Source of the DNA: Actinomycetota bacterium
Lineage (GTDB): Bacteria > Actinomycetota > CADDZG01 > JAHWKV01
Reading direction: 5' to 3'
DNA length: 64,000 nucleotides
Assembly (NCBI GenBank): GCA_052389675.1
Contig: JBQTHR010000032.1
Location: 17,262-81,261, forward strand
A model generated the notes under the pieces. The model was given only the letters and a program-made list of their open reading frames with translations. It was not told the DNA's origin and did no database searches. Position 1 is the stretch's first letter. Every line of letters begins with the position of its first letter. A program made the translations under genes and the position numbers. Shown here one piece after another: positions 8,503-17,070 of this stretch.

Positions 8503-9177
8503 CTATTCGTCGCTGGTCGGATCTCCGTGGCAGCTGGCACGGTCTTCCAGGTCAGTCTTGCCGTCCCCGTCGTTGTCTATCCCGTCGCTACATTCGCCCA
8601 GGACCTGACGGATGGTCCGGGTAACCGGAGGCTCGCTCGGAGCCGCGGTGGTGGGAGGCGCTGCGGGCGGCAGCGTTACCGTTGTTGTGGTGGTGGGAAG
8701 CGTGGTAGCAGGCGGTTGTGTTGCGGGCGGTGCGGTGGCGGGCGGCGCTGTGGCAGCCGCCTGGAACTCCGAGTTGTCGTTGCGTGATGAGCATCCCGGG
8801 TCCGCCATGTCGATCCTGCCGTCCCGGTCGTCATCCAGCCCGTTGTTGCATTGGCGGGGTGGGGCGGAGGTAGTGACCCGTAGGCTGGTTGTCGTCGACC
8901 CGGCGATGGTGGTGGTGGTGGGTTCGAGCGACGGCTGGGGTGTGCCGAACGGGAAGGCAAGCGGTACGCTCTGGTTTACCGGGAGCTGGACTTGGGCGGC
9001 GACATTTGTTCCTTGAGATCGGCCGCTGTCCGGCTGGAGCATGACAAAGGCGGCGAAAGGCAGTATCCCGGCTGCCACGATTCCTCCGAACTTGATGAAC
9101 GGAGGGACCCGGCGGTATGCCAGTAGTATGCGCATGGCCTCCCATTTGTCGCTCAGCCAGCCGGAATCTCTGATCAT
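8503..9177 (-). CDS. N-terminally anchored protein with two Cys-bracketed DxDxDG (Ca-binding-like) repeats, paralogue A
   Basis: TM helix GGIVAAGILPFAAFVML and the VPLAFPF motif, followed by Thr/Pro linkers. Repeats are CNNGLDDDRDGRIDMADPGC and CSDGIDNDGDGKTDLEDRASC. Confidence 0.7.
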   Translation of the reverse strand: MIRDSGWLSDKWEAMRILLAYRRVPPFIKFGGIVAAGILPFAAFVMLQPDSGRSQGTNVAAQVQLPVNQSVPLAFPFGTPQPSLEPTTTTIAGSTTTSLRVTTSAPPRQCNNGLDDDRDGRIDMADPGCSSRNDNSEFQAAATAPPATAPPATQPPATTLPTTTTTVTLPPAAPPTTAAPSEPPVTRTIRQVLGECSDGIDNDGDGKTDLEDRASCHGDPTSDE

Positions 9178-9319
9178 CGGCGCGTCCTCGTCGATTTCCC
9201 GGTGCGTGCTTCCCGCGCGTTGCCCGAGGTGGAGGAATGTGTGGTCGGGGAGGCCGAACGGGTAGGCGGTGTAGGCCCGATGCGATTATATCCGGCCTGT
9301 CCCGGCGTGCCGGGCGGGC

Positions 9320-10039
9320 TCAGGGCAGGAACAGATCGAACTGCTCGTCCAGGGGGTCCGGCGGGTTGTCCTGCCCATTGCCCAGCGGGTCTCTTCCCGC
9401 TTCGGAGGACTCCCCAGCGGCGCAATTCGGGTCGCGCCCGTCTACCAAGCCGTCGCCGTCGTCGTCCAGGCCGTTGCTACAGGGCGGATTGTCGGCCTCG
9501 CTCCAGTCGTTGGGTGAGCTGCAGCCGGGGTCGGCCATGTCGATGCCACCCTCCCCGTCGTCGTCGATCCCGTTGCTGCACGCCGGTGGCGGGGCCTCGA
9601 AGCTGAGCCTGTCCTCCGGAGTAGGGGCGGGGGCCAAAGTGGGTGCGGGGGCCGGTTCCCTCACGGCAGACGGCGCCGGGCTGGACTGTTGGTTGCGGCC
9701 TGGATCGGGCGATGCCCCGACTAGCAGCGGTGCCGAGGGGCCGGGGGACGGATTAGCGGAAGAGAAGGCGTCTTCATCGGGAAATGGGAAGTTGAGCGGT
9801 ACGGAACCGCCCACCGCAGCCGGCAGGGCTACGGACTGTGCCTGCTGGAGCGTTTCGCCCGGTGGGAGCAGTGCAACGAATAGCAAGAACGGAGCCAGCC
9901 CCAGCGCCAGCAGTGCCATCTTGCGGGCCAGCGGATGGATCTTGGAGGCGATCAAGGTGATGATCCCGGACGAACGTTCGGACTCCGCTGAAGGCCGGGC
10001 GGGGGTCTGGTAGTCCAGGTTGGGAAGCGAGTCGTCCAT
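9320..10039 (-). CDS. paralogue B of the Cys-bracketed DxDxDG repeat family
   Basis: The internal ATG at 10039 overlaps the upstream stop (TGATG). TM helix MALLALGLAPFLLFVALL and motif VPLNFPF. Repeats are CSNGIDDDGEGGIDMADPGC and CSNGLDDDGDGLVDGRDPNC. Confidence 0.7.
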   Translation of the reverse strand: MDDSLPNLDYQTPARPSAESERSSGIITLIASKIHPLARKMALLALGLAPFLLFVALLPPGETLQQAQSVALPAAVGGSVPLNFPFPDEDAFSSANPSPGPSAPLLVGASPDPGRNQQSSPAPSAVREPAPAPTLAPAPTPEDRLSFEAPPPACSNGIDDDGEGGIDMADPGCSSPNDWSEADNPPCSNGLDDDGDGLVDGRDPNCAAGESSEAGRDPLGNGQDNPPDPLDEQFDLFLP

Positions 10040-10767
10040 CAGGTGGTGGTCGTGGTGGTGGGATCGGGCGATGCGGTGGGCGGCTGAGGAGGTGTGGTCA
10101 CCGTGGTGGTCGTGGTGCCGCTTGGCCGGCAGCCGGGGACCTCGATTTCGTCGCACGCACCAGGATCGTTCCTTCCGTCAGAGAAATTGAAGGGCAGTTC
10201 GTTGCCGTCGTCGGCGCAGCCCGGGTCGGCGCCGTCGGGTAGGCCGTCGCCGTCATTGTCCAAGCCGTCGTCGCAGTTAATCGTCACCGGCTCGGGTGAC
10301 GCTTCCGGAGAGGGTGAGGGGGTAGGTGAAGCTGCCGGCGACGGGTCTGGGGCCTCAGAGTTGTCGCTGCGGGAACTGCACCCCGGGTCGGCAGCGTCGA
10401 CTTTGCCGTCGCCGTCGTCATCTCGGCGGTTCGAGCACTGGCTGGCGGGTGGCGTGGACGACGGCGAAGCGGCGATGACCGGCACGTCGTTGATCGGAAA
10501 ATCCGAGGGGCTGCTGAACGGGAAGTCCAGGGGCACGTCGACCGATGGGCCGGGTGGAGCGGCGGCGGTGGAGAGTGCAGCTTCCTGATCGCCCTCGGGC
10601 AGGAGCAGATAGGCAACCACGAAGGGAGCGAGTCCGATCAAGACGAAGCCGGTGATCTTGAGGGTCTTAGGATTAGTCCAGCGCACCCGAAACCGCGACC
10701 TTTCTGGTGGGGGCCAACCCCGATTATAGGCTTCCCGCTCGGCCGGACCGGATTTCGCCGCCTCCAC
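10039..10767 (-). CDS. paralogue C of the Cys-bracketed DxDxDG repeat family
   Basis: TM helix ITGFVLIGLAPFVVAYLLL and motif VPLDFPF. Repeats are CSNRRDDDGDGKVDAADPGC and CDDGLDNDGDGLPDGADPGC. The tail is Thr-rich. Confidence 0.7.
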   Translation of the reverse strand: MEAAKSGPAEREAYNRGWPPPERSRFRVRWTNPKTLKITGFVLIGLAPFVVAYLLLPEGDQEAALSTAAAPPGPSVDVPLDFPFSSPSDFPINDVPVIAASPSSTPPASQCSNRRDDDGDGKVDAADPGCSSRSDNSEAPDPSPAASPTPSPSPEASPEPVTINCDDGLDNDGDGLPDGADPGCADDGNELPFNFSDGRNDPGACDEIEVPGCRPSGTTTTTVTTPPQPPTASPDPTTTTTT

Positions 10768-10815
10768 CGCGCCTTCTGCCGGTCTGCCGGAGTGCTAAGG
10801 TGGGAGGGCGATTCC

Positions 10816-10890
<75 letters not shown>

Positions 10891-10972
10891 CTTGTGTACT
10901 CCGGCACAGTTTCGCAATTTGTGCCGTCAGGGCCAGAAATCTGGCACAGCACAGATGTACCGAAGCGCAGGG

Positions 10973-12250
10973 CTAATCCCGATCGTTGTGGTGGCGGGCC
11001 AGGGCCCACCGGCGAACCAGCCATATGATCAACCCGAGGGCGAGCAGGGCAAGCCCTCCGACGATCCTTTGGATCGGAAGAAAGGCCGCCAACACCAGGC
11101 AGCCGGCCAGGCCAACTCCTGAGACGGCGCGGGGCCAGCGTCGCTGCTCGGGGGGCAACGTCCAGGCAGAGGCGTTGGCGATCGCGTAGTAGGCGAGCAC
11201 CGCGAACGAACTGAAGCCGATTGCCCCCCGGACATCGGCAAATAACAGAGCAGTCGTAACGATTGCCGCGACGGTCAGCTCGGCTGTTTGTGGGACCTTC
11301 CGAGCCGGATGGACCGTGCTCAGCCGGTGCGGAAGGTCACGCTCGCTCGCCATGGCGAAGGTTGTCCGGCTTACCCCGGCAAGCAGCGACAGAAGTACTC
11401 CGAGCGACGCCACCGCGGCTCCCACCCCCACTACCGGGACTGCCCATTCCAGGGTGCCGGCCCGGACGACTTCCGCGAGCGGAGCCGTGCTGGCGGCCAA
11501 AGAGTCGGGTCCGGCGGCCAGCAGGGCTACGGATGCCACAACCGTGTAGACGGCTAGCGTTATCCCCAGCGCCAGCGGAATCGCCCGGGGGATCGTGCGC
11601 TCGGGGTCCTTCACTTCTTCGCCCAGGGTCGCGATACGGGCGTAGCCGGCAAAGGCGAAGAACAGCAGCCCGGCGGCCGACAGGATCCCCGGGATGCCGC
11701 CGGCGCCCATCGATCCAAGATTGTTCGTCGACGGCTGGGCCGTGAGCCCGGCGCTTACCACCACTGCGAGCGCTCCGAGCACGAAGATCACGATGAATCG
11801 GGTGAGCCGGGCGGTCTTGTGGATCCCGGACAGATTTACTGCTGTCAGGGCGACCACTGCTCCGATAGCAAGGGGTCGGGTCAGTTCGGGCAGAACGTAA
11901 GCACCAAAGGTGAGCGCCATAGCCGCGCAGCTGGCGGTCTTGCCGATTAAGAACCCCCAGCCGGCCAAAAAGCCCCATAGGTGGCTCAGCCGTTCCCGCC
12001 CGTAGACGTAGGTTCCCCCGGAGGCCGGGTAGAGCGCGGCGAGCTGCGCCGACGATAGGGCGTTGCAGTAGGCGATTACCGCGGCAACTGCGAGCCCGAT
12101 GAGCAATCCGGCACCGGCTACCTCGGCCGCCGGGCCGATGGCCGCGAACACTCCGGCGCCGATCATCGATCCGAGGCCGATCACCACGGCATCGGAAGTG
12201 TCCAGCCGCCGGGCGAGCCGGCTGGGAGGCGGCCGGTCGGGCGCGGTCAC
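10973..12250 (-). CDS. APC-family amino acid permease
   Basis: About 12 predicted TM helices. The N-terminal motif AVVIGLGSMIGAGVF is typical of APC transporters. GTG start. Confidence 0.85.
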   Translation of the reverse strand: MTAPDRPPPSRLARRLDTSDAVVIGLGSMIGAGVFAAIGPAAEVAGAGLLIGLAVAAVIAYCNALSSAQLAALYPASGGTYVYGRERLSHLWGFLAGWGFLIGKTASCAAMALTFGAYVLPELTRPLAIGAVVALTAVNLSGIHKTARLTRFIVIFVLGALAVVVSAGLTAQPSTNNLGSMGAGGIPGILSAAGLLFFAFAGYARIATLGEEVKDPERTIPRAIPLALGITLAVYTVVASVALLAAGPDSLAASTAPLAEVVRAGTLEWAVPVVGVGAAVASLGVLLSLLAGVSRTTFAMASERDLPHRLSTVHPARKVPQTAELTVAAIVTTALLFADVRGAIGFSSFAVLAYYAIANASAWTLPPEQRRWPRAVSGVGLAGCLVLAAFLPIQRIVGGLALLALGLIIWLVRRWALARHHNDRD

Positions 12251-12272
12251 GGTGTCTGACCTCTACTGGCCC

Positions 12273-12388
12273 AGGACCGCCCGGGCTCGCTCACCGCGGC
12301 ATCCGGCCGGTGAACGGCGTCCATCTGCCGAGGACCGGCCGGGCTCGCTCACCGCGGCATCCGGCCGGTGAACGGCGTCCACCTGCCG
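12273..12388. repeat. 58-bp direct tandem repeat x2 (plus a degenerate third copy to about 12420) in the permease 5' leader
   Basis: Copy 1 (12273-12330) and copy 2 (12331-12388) differ at 2 positions. Each copy holds a 9-bp stem (CGTTCACCG / CGGTGAGCG on the minus strand). Confidence 0.9.
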
Positions 12389-12621
12389 CAGGGCCGACCG
12401 GGCTCGGGCGGGCCGACGGTCGGCGGGGCCAACTGAGGGCCAGGACCGAGCTCCGGCCAGCGAAGGCAGCCGGCTTGAGAATTCGTGCCGGCATCAGGCA
12501 GAGTCGCTGTCCATAATCACCCCGGCGGTCGGTGAGAGCTGATGCTCCGTGGTTGAATCGTAATGGTTGGCCGTGGTGCTGGTCGGCCAGTCAGTCCTAC
12601 CCGAACGGTGGAGAGGAAGCG

Positions 12622-13785
12622 ATGTTCAAAGTCCTATCACGGCTTGATCGGAAGTGGATTCTGGTCGGCGCGGGTGCGGTGGTGATCGCAACGATCTTCT
12701 TGGCCAGCCGGGCCGGTAGGCCTGGCGTAGAGCCGGTGTTTGCAATCGACGCCGGCGCCCGGCCCAACGTGGGCAACTCCGTACGCAACCGGGCTGGAAG
12801 TGTGCTGGTTGGGGTTGTGTCGGGTTCGGAGGTGCTGGTCAAGCAGATCGACCCGGACAGCAACGAGGCGAAGACCGTTGCTACCTTTACCGCCGGAGCG
12901 GGCAACCTGATCAGGGGGATCACTCTGGCCACCCGGGTGGACGACGACCGGAGCATCACCATGGCGGTGGTTTCCTATTGCGCTACGGCTTTTAACAGTC
13001 CCAGGCCGGGCTTCGAGGGTGAGCGGATCTGCCCGATTCCTCTGCAGTTTGTTTCTTTCGAGCTGGACAGCGATGGTAAGCGTACCGGTGAGTTGGTGGC
13101 CATGCCCTCCGGGATAGTCGACGGATTCTTGTTCGCCGGCCGGTCGGTTTTTGTCTGGCTGAGCAGTGAGGGCCGCTTCATCTATCAAGACGGCCGATGG
13201 GGATCGGTAGGCGCTGAAGTGGGACTCGAGACTCCTGGGAACCAGTGCATTTCCCGGGGCCACCTGTGGGTCCTTCATCAAAACCAGCCTAACGGTGGCA
13301 ACGGCGAGCCGCTCGGGCCCGGCTACTCCTTGTTCCGTTACCCTCTGGACGGTGCTTTGGACCATTCCTGGGAGCGGGTGGCCGTGCCGCCCCTGGACGA
13401 TGCCGGATTCGGGCGTTTCGCGTGCAGCGAAGACGAGGTGTACTTGTGGGACGGCACCCGGATCTTTTCAACTAAGGATCCTTCGAAGCCGCTGGATATG
13501 GGCGGCGAGGTTTACCGCCTCCGGCCCAACCCAGCGCTCAGGCCGGTGGCCTTCCTGCGTACCGAGGCCGGGCAGAGCAACGGCCGCAACGTCTACGAGG
13601 ACTTTCGGTGCACAATCCTGGCCCCCGCAGGCGTCCTGGTCCCCTCGGACACTGAACTGCCCGGGCAGGACTCGGACGTTCCCACCATCTGCGATGCGGT
13701 TCCCTGGCCCGACGGCCGGGGTGGCTACACCGCGATCATCCGGGAGCCGTTAACCGGCCGGCTGGACGTCCAGGACTGGCGTTAG
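12622..13785 (+). CDS. hypothetical N-terminally anchored protein
   Basis: ATG at 12622 follows GGAGAGGAAG. TM helix WILVGAGAVVIATIFLA. No recognisable domain. Confidence 0.6.
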   Translation: MFKVLSRLDRKWILVGAGAVVIATIFLASRAGRPGVEPVFAIDAGARPNVGNSVRNRAGSVLVGVVSGSEVLVKQIDPDSNEAKTVATFTAGAGNLIRGITLATRVDDDRSITMAVVSYCATAFNSPRPGFEGERICPIPLQFVSFELDSDGKRTGELVAMPSGIVDGFLFAGRSVFVWLSSEGRFIYQDGRWGSVGAEVGLETPGNQCISRGHLWVLHQNQPNGGNGEPLGPGYSLFRYPLDGALDHSWERVAVPPLDDAGFGRFACSEDEVYLWDGTRIFSTKDPSKPLDMGGEVYRLRPNPALRPVAFLRTEAGQSNGRNVYEDFRCTILAPAGVLVPSDTELPGQDSDVPTICDAVPWPDGRGGYTAIIREPLTGRLDVQDWR

Positions 13786-13992
13786 AGCAGGTCGGGCCGG
13801 CGTGGGCGAGTTTTTGGGTGATGGAATTCGAGAACCAGGAGTTGCCCGGGGCGAGGACGTCGGCACTCAGTTTTGGTCAAATCTTGACTTTGGCCGCGCG
13901 TAAGGATTAGCTAACACAGGAAATCTGTCGCAGCCGCATCGGATTTAAGGAGGACCCAAACGAAATCAACGCACGGATTCAAGGTTGGAAGG

Positions 13993-14565
13993 TTGTTGGG
14001 AGCCGGCATGCTTATGGTTTTCCTCTCGGCAGCCGGCTGTGCGCAGGACGAGGGGGCCGGGGTTCGCGACATCGGCGAAGCTGAGGGATCCGGAAGCGCT
14101 TCGGGTACCGGTTCGGCCACCGGTTCGGCCACCGGTTCGGCCACCGGTTCATTGGCTTCTGTTGCCTGTGCCAACGTCGGCGACAGCGCCGGCGCCACCT
14201 CCACGGTGATGGTGAAGCTGAACGAGTGGACAATCGAGCCGAGCGTCGCCCAGGTGGGCGCAGGGAAAATCAACTTCAAGCTGAGCAACGAGGGTGCGGA
14301 GCCGCACGAGATGGTGATCATCAAGGCAGACACAATCGAAAGCCTGCCGGTCATCGAGGACGGCAGCTTCGATGAGGGTGGGGCCCCGGCGGGTTCCTTA
14401 ATCGGCGAGGTAGAGCCCTTCCCGGCCGACAGCACCTGCGAGGGTACTTTCGATTTGCAGCCGGCCAGCTACTTGCTTATCTGCAACATTGTGGAGAAGG
14501 AGCCCGACGGCACGATAGAAAGCCATCTCAAGGAGGGCATGGCCACCACGTTCACGGTCGCTTAG
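13993..14565 (+). CDS. cupredoxin-like lipoprotein
   Basis: Lipobox FLSAAGC and a GSAT x3 linker. Candidate type-1 Cu ligands are H in AEPHEMVI and C-x14-H-x4-M in ICNIVEKEPDGTIESHLKEGM. Confidence 0.65.
   Translation: MLGAGMLMVFLSAAGCAQDEGAGVRDIGEAEGSGSASGTGSATGSATGSATGSLASVACANVGDSAGATSTVMVKLNEWTIEPSVAQVGAGKINFKLSNEGAEPHEMVIIKADTIESLPVIEDGSFDEGGAPAGSLIGEVEPFPADSTCEGTFDLQPASYLLICNIVEKEPDGTIESHLKEGMATTFTVA
14107..14151 (+). repeat. 12-bp in-frame tandem repeat (accggttcggcc) x3.7
   Basis: Read directly from the sequence. Encodes the (GSAT)n linker of the cupredoxin-like lipoprotein. Confidence 0.9.
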
Positions 14566-15979
14566 CGGCCGGTTTAAGCCAGCCGGCCCCGAAGGCAAGA
14601 AGGCCGGCGCACACCACCAGCCAGACCATGTGAAGCACCAGAGTGCTCCCCGACATCGCTTGATAGTCGGGGAGCACTCTCGCGATCGACCGATAGATCG
14701 GGTTGGAAGTATTGAAGAAGTCGACGACCATTGTCAGCCGGCGTTGCCAGCCCTGAGCGAATAGCCAGGCGAGGTTAAAGATGCCGATCGCCCCCAGGGC
14801 GCCGGCTAATGCCAGGCGCCGGCCGGAGCCGGTGGCCCATACGGCCACCGCCAGCGCCGCCAGCGGCAGCACCACCACCACCTGGCGGCCGGGCCACCAC
14901 CAGCCGTGCATGGTCAGGGCTACGAAAGTGGCGTTCAGCCAACCGGCGGCCAGCGGCGCTAGGAGCAAGGGCCAGTTCGCCGGCCGCCGGCGGTGCAGGG
15001 CCCCGGCAGCGGGCAGGGCCAGCAGCCAGGCAGGTTGCCAGGCGGCCAGTCCGAACTTGGCGTCGGCCAGCAGGCCGACCAGCCTCACCGACCGGGCCGG
15101 AAAGTTCGGGTTGACCCCTACCACGCTGAACTCGCCGGTTTCGGCGAAGTGCGCACCGACTGCGTAGACGGTCAGGCCTTGGTACCAGGCCAGGTGGGCA
15201 GCCACATAAGCTACCGCGCACAGGGCAAAAGCACCGGTCACCCACCTGAGCTCGGTCTTGCGGCTGCCTTTCCACAGTTTGCGCAGTCCGATGATCGCCA
15301 CCACCGTTGCCACCGGGATGAACTTGGTCCCCAGCCAGACCAGCCCGACTATCCCCGCCACAAAGCCAACCAGCCCGGCAGGGCGCAGGCGGCCGGTCAG
15401 GACTGCCACCACGATAGTCAGGGCCAGGGCGGCCGGAATCTCCGGGTAGACCTGCGAGCCGTAGACCGCCAGCGGGGCGGAGGCCCCGAATACGGCGCTG
15501 GAAAGCGTAGCCGCAGGCAGGGAGGCGCCGAACCGCCGGACCGCACACCACAGCACCAGCCCGGCCAGAATCCCGGCAAGAACGGCCAGGGTGAGCCGGG
15601 CTGCCATCCAGCCGCCCAGTTTCATCGGCACTGCGAGCAGTGCGGGCAGCCCCGGGTCATGCGGAGCTACTATCCGGCCCCCGGCAAGCACCTTGCCCTG
15701 GGGTTGAAGCCGGATCTCGTGAAACGGGCGATAGCGTTCATCAGCCTGCTCGTCGGACAGGTCCAAAGACCGGTCCTGCGCCAGGCTGAGCGCGGTCAAC
15801 AGGTAGTGGGGTTCGTCTCCAGTGGTGAGGGCGTAATAGGAGCTGCGAATCGGCGCTCCCAGGGCCGCCATTCCAAAGGCGAGGAGCGATACCGAGATTA
15901 CGGCCAGCCGCAGCCGGCGCCCTGCGACCGGGACGCTCACCGGCGCGCTGTGCTGGGCATCCCGGACAAGAACGGTCAT
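14552..15979 (-). CDS. polytopic membrane protein, GT-C/PMT-like glycosyltransferase candidate
   Basis: More than 10 predicted TM helices. The first loop, TTGDEPHYLLTALSLAQDRSLDLSDE, resembles the acidic loop of GT-C enzymes. The assignment is tentative. Confidence 0.55.
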   Translation of the reverse strand: MTVLVRDAQHSAPVSVPVAGRRLRLAVISVSLLAFGMAALGAPIRSSYYALTTGDEPHYLLTALSLAQDRSLDLSDEQADERYRPFHEIRLQPQGKVLAGGRIVAPHDPGLPALLAVPMKLGGWMAARLTLAVLAGILAGLVLWCAVRRFGASLPAATLSSAVFGASAPLAVYGSQVYPEIPAALALTIVVAVLTGRLRPAGLVGFVAGIVGLVWLGTKFIPVATVVAIIGLRKLWKGSRKTELRWVTGAFALCAVAYVAAHLAWYQGLTVYAVGAHFAETGEFSVVGVNPNFPARSVRLVGLLADAKFGLAAWQPAWLLALPAAGALHRRRPANWPLLLAPLAAGWLNATFVALTMHGWWWPGRQVVVVLPLAALAVAVWATGSGRRLALAGALGAIGIFNLAWLFAQGWQRRLTMVVDFFNTSNPIYRSIARVLPDYQAMSGSTLVLHMVWLVVCAGLLAFGAGWLKPAAKRP

Positions 15980-16052
15980 CAGGATATCCTAATGGGCAGG
16001 AATAGCGGGGCCTACGCGCTTCCACTATCGAGCCAGTGCCGGGAGGACGGAT

Positions 16053-17066
16053 TTGAGAAGGTCGAAGCTGCCGGTGGCTATTGTTTTGTTGCTGTCATTG
16101 CTCGGGCCGGCATGCAGGGTCGCCGACAATTCGGAGAAGGTAGTGCGCGTTTACTCCGGCCGGCATTACGGGGAGGAAGCGGCGTTCGAGCAGTTCTCCA
16201 AAGAATCCGGTATCTCCGTTGAGTTCTTGTTCGGCAGCGACGCCGAGCTTCGGGAGCGGATCAAGGCCGAAGGGGAGAACACCTTGGCCGACGTCTACAT
16301 GACGGTCGACGCAGGCAACCTCTACCTGGCTGCTGAAGAGGGCGTTTTCCAGCCGGTGCAGTCCCAGGTGCTCAACGTGGCTATACCTGAGAACCTGCGC
16401 GACCCCAGCGGGCAGTGGTACGGCCTTAGCCTGCGCGCACGCACGCTCGTCTACAACCCGGCTGTGGTGGATCCAGACGAACTAACCACCTACGAAGCTC
16501 TGGGAGACCCGAAGTGGCGAGACCGTTTGTGCATGAGGGACTCGTCCAACGTGTATACCCAGTCCATGGTGGCCAGTCTGATCGCCCACCATGGGAACGA
16601 CGAAGCGGCCAAGATCGTCAAGAGCTGGGTGGCCAACGACGTAGACATCTTGGGCAGCGACGTGCTGGTGCTCAAGACGATCGCCAAAGGGGGCTGCGAC
16701 GTAGGGCTGACCAACCACTACTATCTCGGCCGGCTGCTGCAGGAGGATGGTGCTTTTCCGGTCAAGCTCGCTTGGGCGGATCAGCAGGGCCGGGGGGCAC
16801 ACGTCAACGTCTCGGGAGCAGGTGTCACCAAGCACGCAGACAACCCGGATCTGGCCGTGGAGCTGATCGAATGGCTGGCCACCCGGGGGCAGAACGTCTT
16901 CGTCGACTCCAACCACGAGTATCCCGCTAACCCGCTGGTCCGGCCGGAACCGCTGATTGCCAACGAGTTCGGTACCGATTTCAAGAAGGACGTGTTGAAC
17001 GCGGCCGAGTTCGGGTCACTTAACGCCGACGCGGTGCGGATCATGGACCAGGCGGGCTACGAGTAG
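16053..17066 (+). CDS. Fe(3+) ABC transporter substrate-binding lipoprotein (FbpA/AfuA-like)
   Basis: TTG start after GGGAGGA and lipobox LLGPAC. VRVYSGRHYG...ADVYMTVDAGNL is typical of ferric-binding proteins. Confidence 0.82.
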   Translation: MRRSKLPVAIVLLLSLLGPACRVADNSEKVVRVYSGRHYGEEAAFEQFSKESGISVEFLFGSDAELRERIKAEGENTLADVYMTVDAGNLYLAAEEGVFQPVQSQVLNVAIPENLRDPSGQWYGLSLRARTLVYNPAVVDPDELTTYEALGDPKWRDRLCMRDSSNVYTQSMVASLIAHHGNDEAAKIVKSWVANDVDILGSDVLVLKTIAKGGCDVGLTNHYYLGRLLQEDGAFPVKLAWADQQGRGAHVNVSGAGVTKHADNPDLAVELIEWLATRGQNVFVDSNHEYPANPLVRPEPLIANEFGTDFKKDVLNAAEFGSLNADAVRIMDQAGYE

Positions 17067-17070
17067 GCCG

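Noticed and set aside
12273-12420. Possible CRISPR array or tandem glycine riboswitch in the permease leader
   Set aside because: The units are directly adjacent with no spacers, so this is not CRISPR. I could not find the conserved glycine-aptamer core sequences, so only an uncharacterised tandem repeat is reported.
12099-12516. Plus-strand ORFs with the repeated peptide TGRARSPRHPAGERRP
   Set aside because: The repetition is a by-product of translating the 58-bp DNA tandem repeat. The ORFs overlap the permease start and have an Arg/Pro-rich composition.
14993-16222. 409-aa plus-strand ORF antisense to the GT-C-like membrane protein gene
   Set aside because: It has a Gly/Arg/Pro/Gln-rich low-complexity translation, runs into the well-supported iron-binding protein gene and contains no motif.
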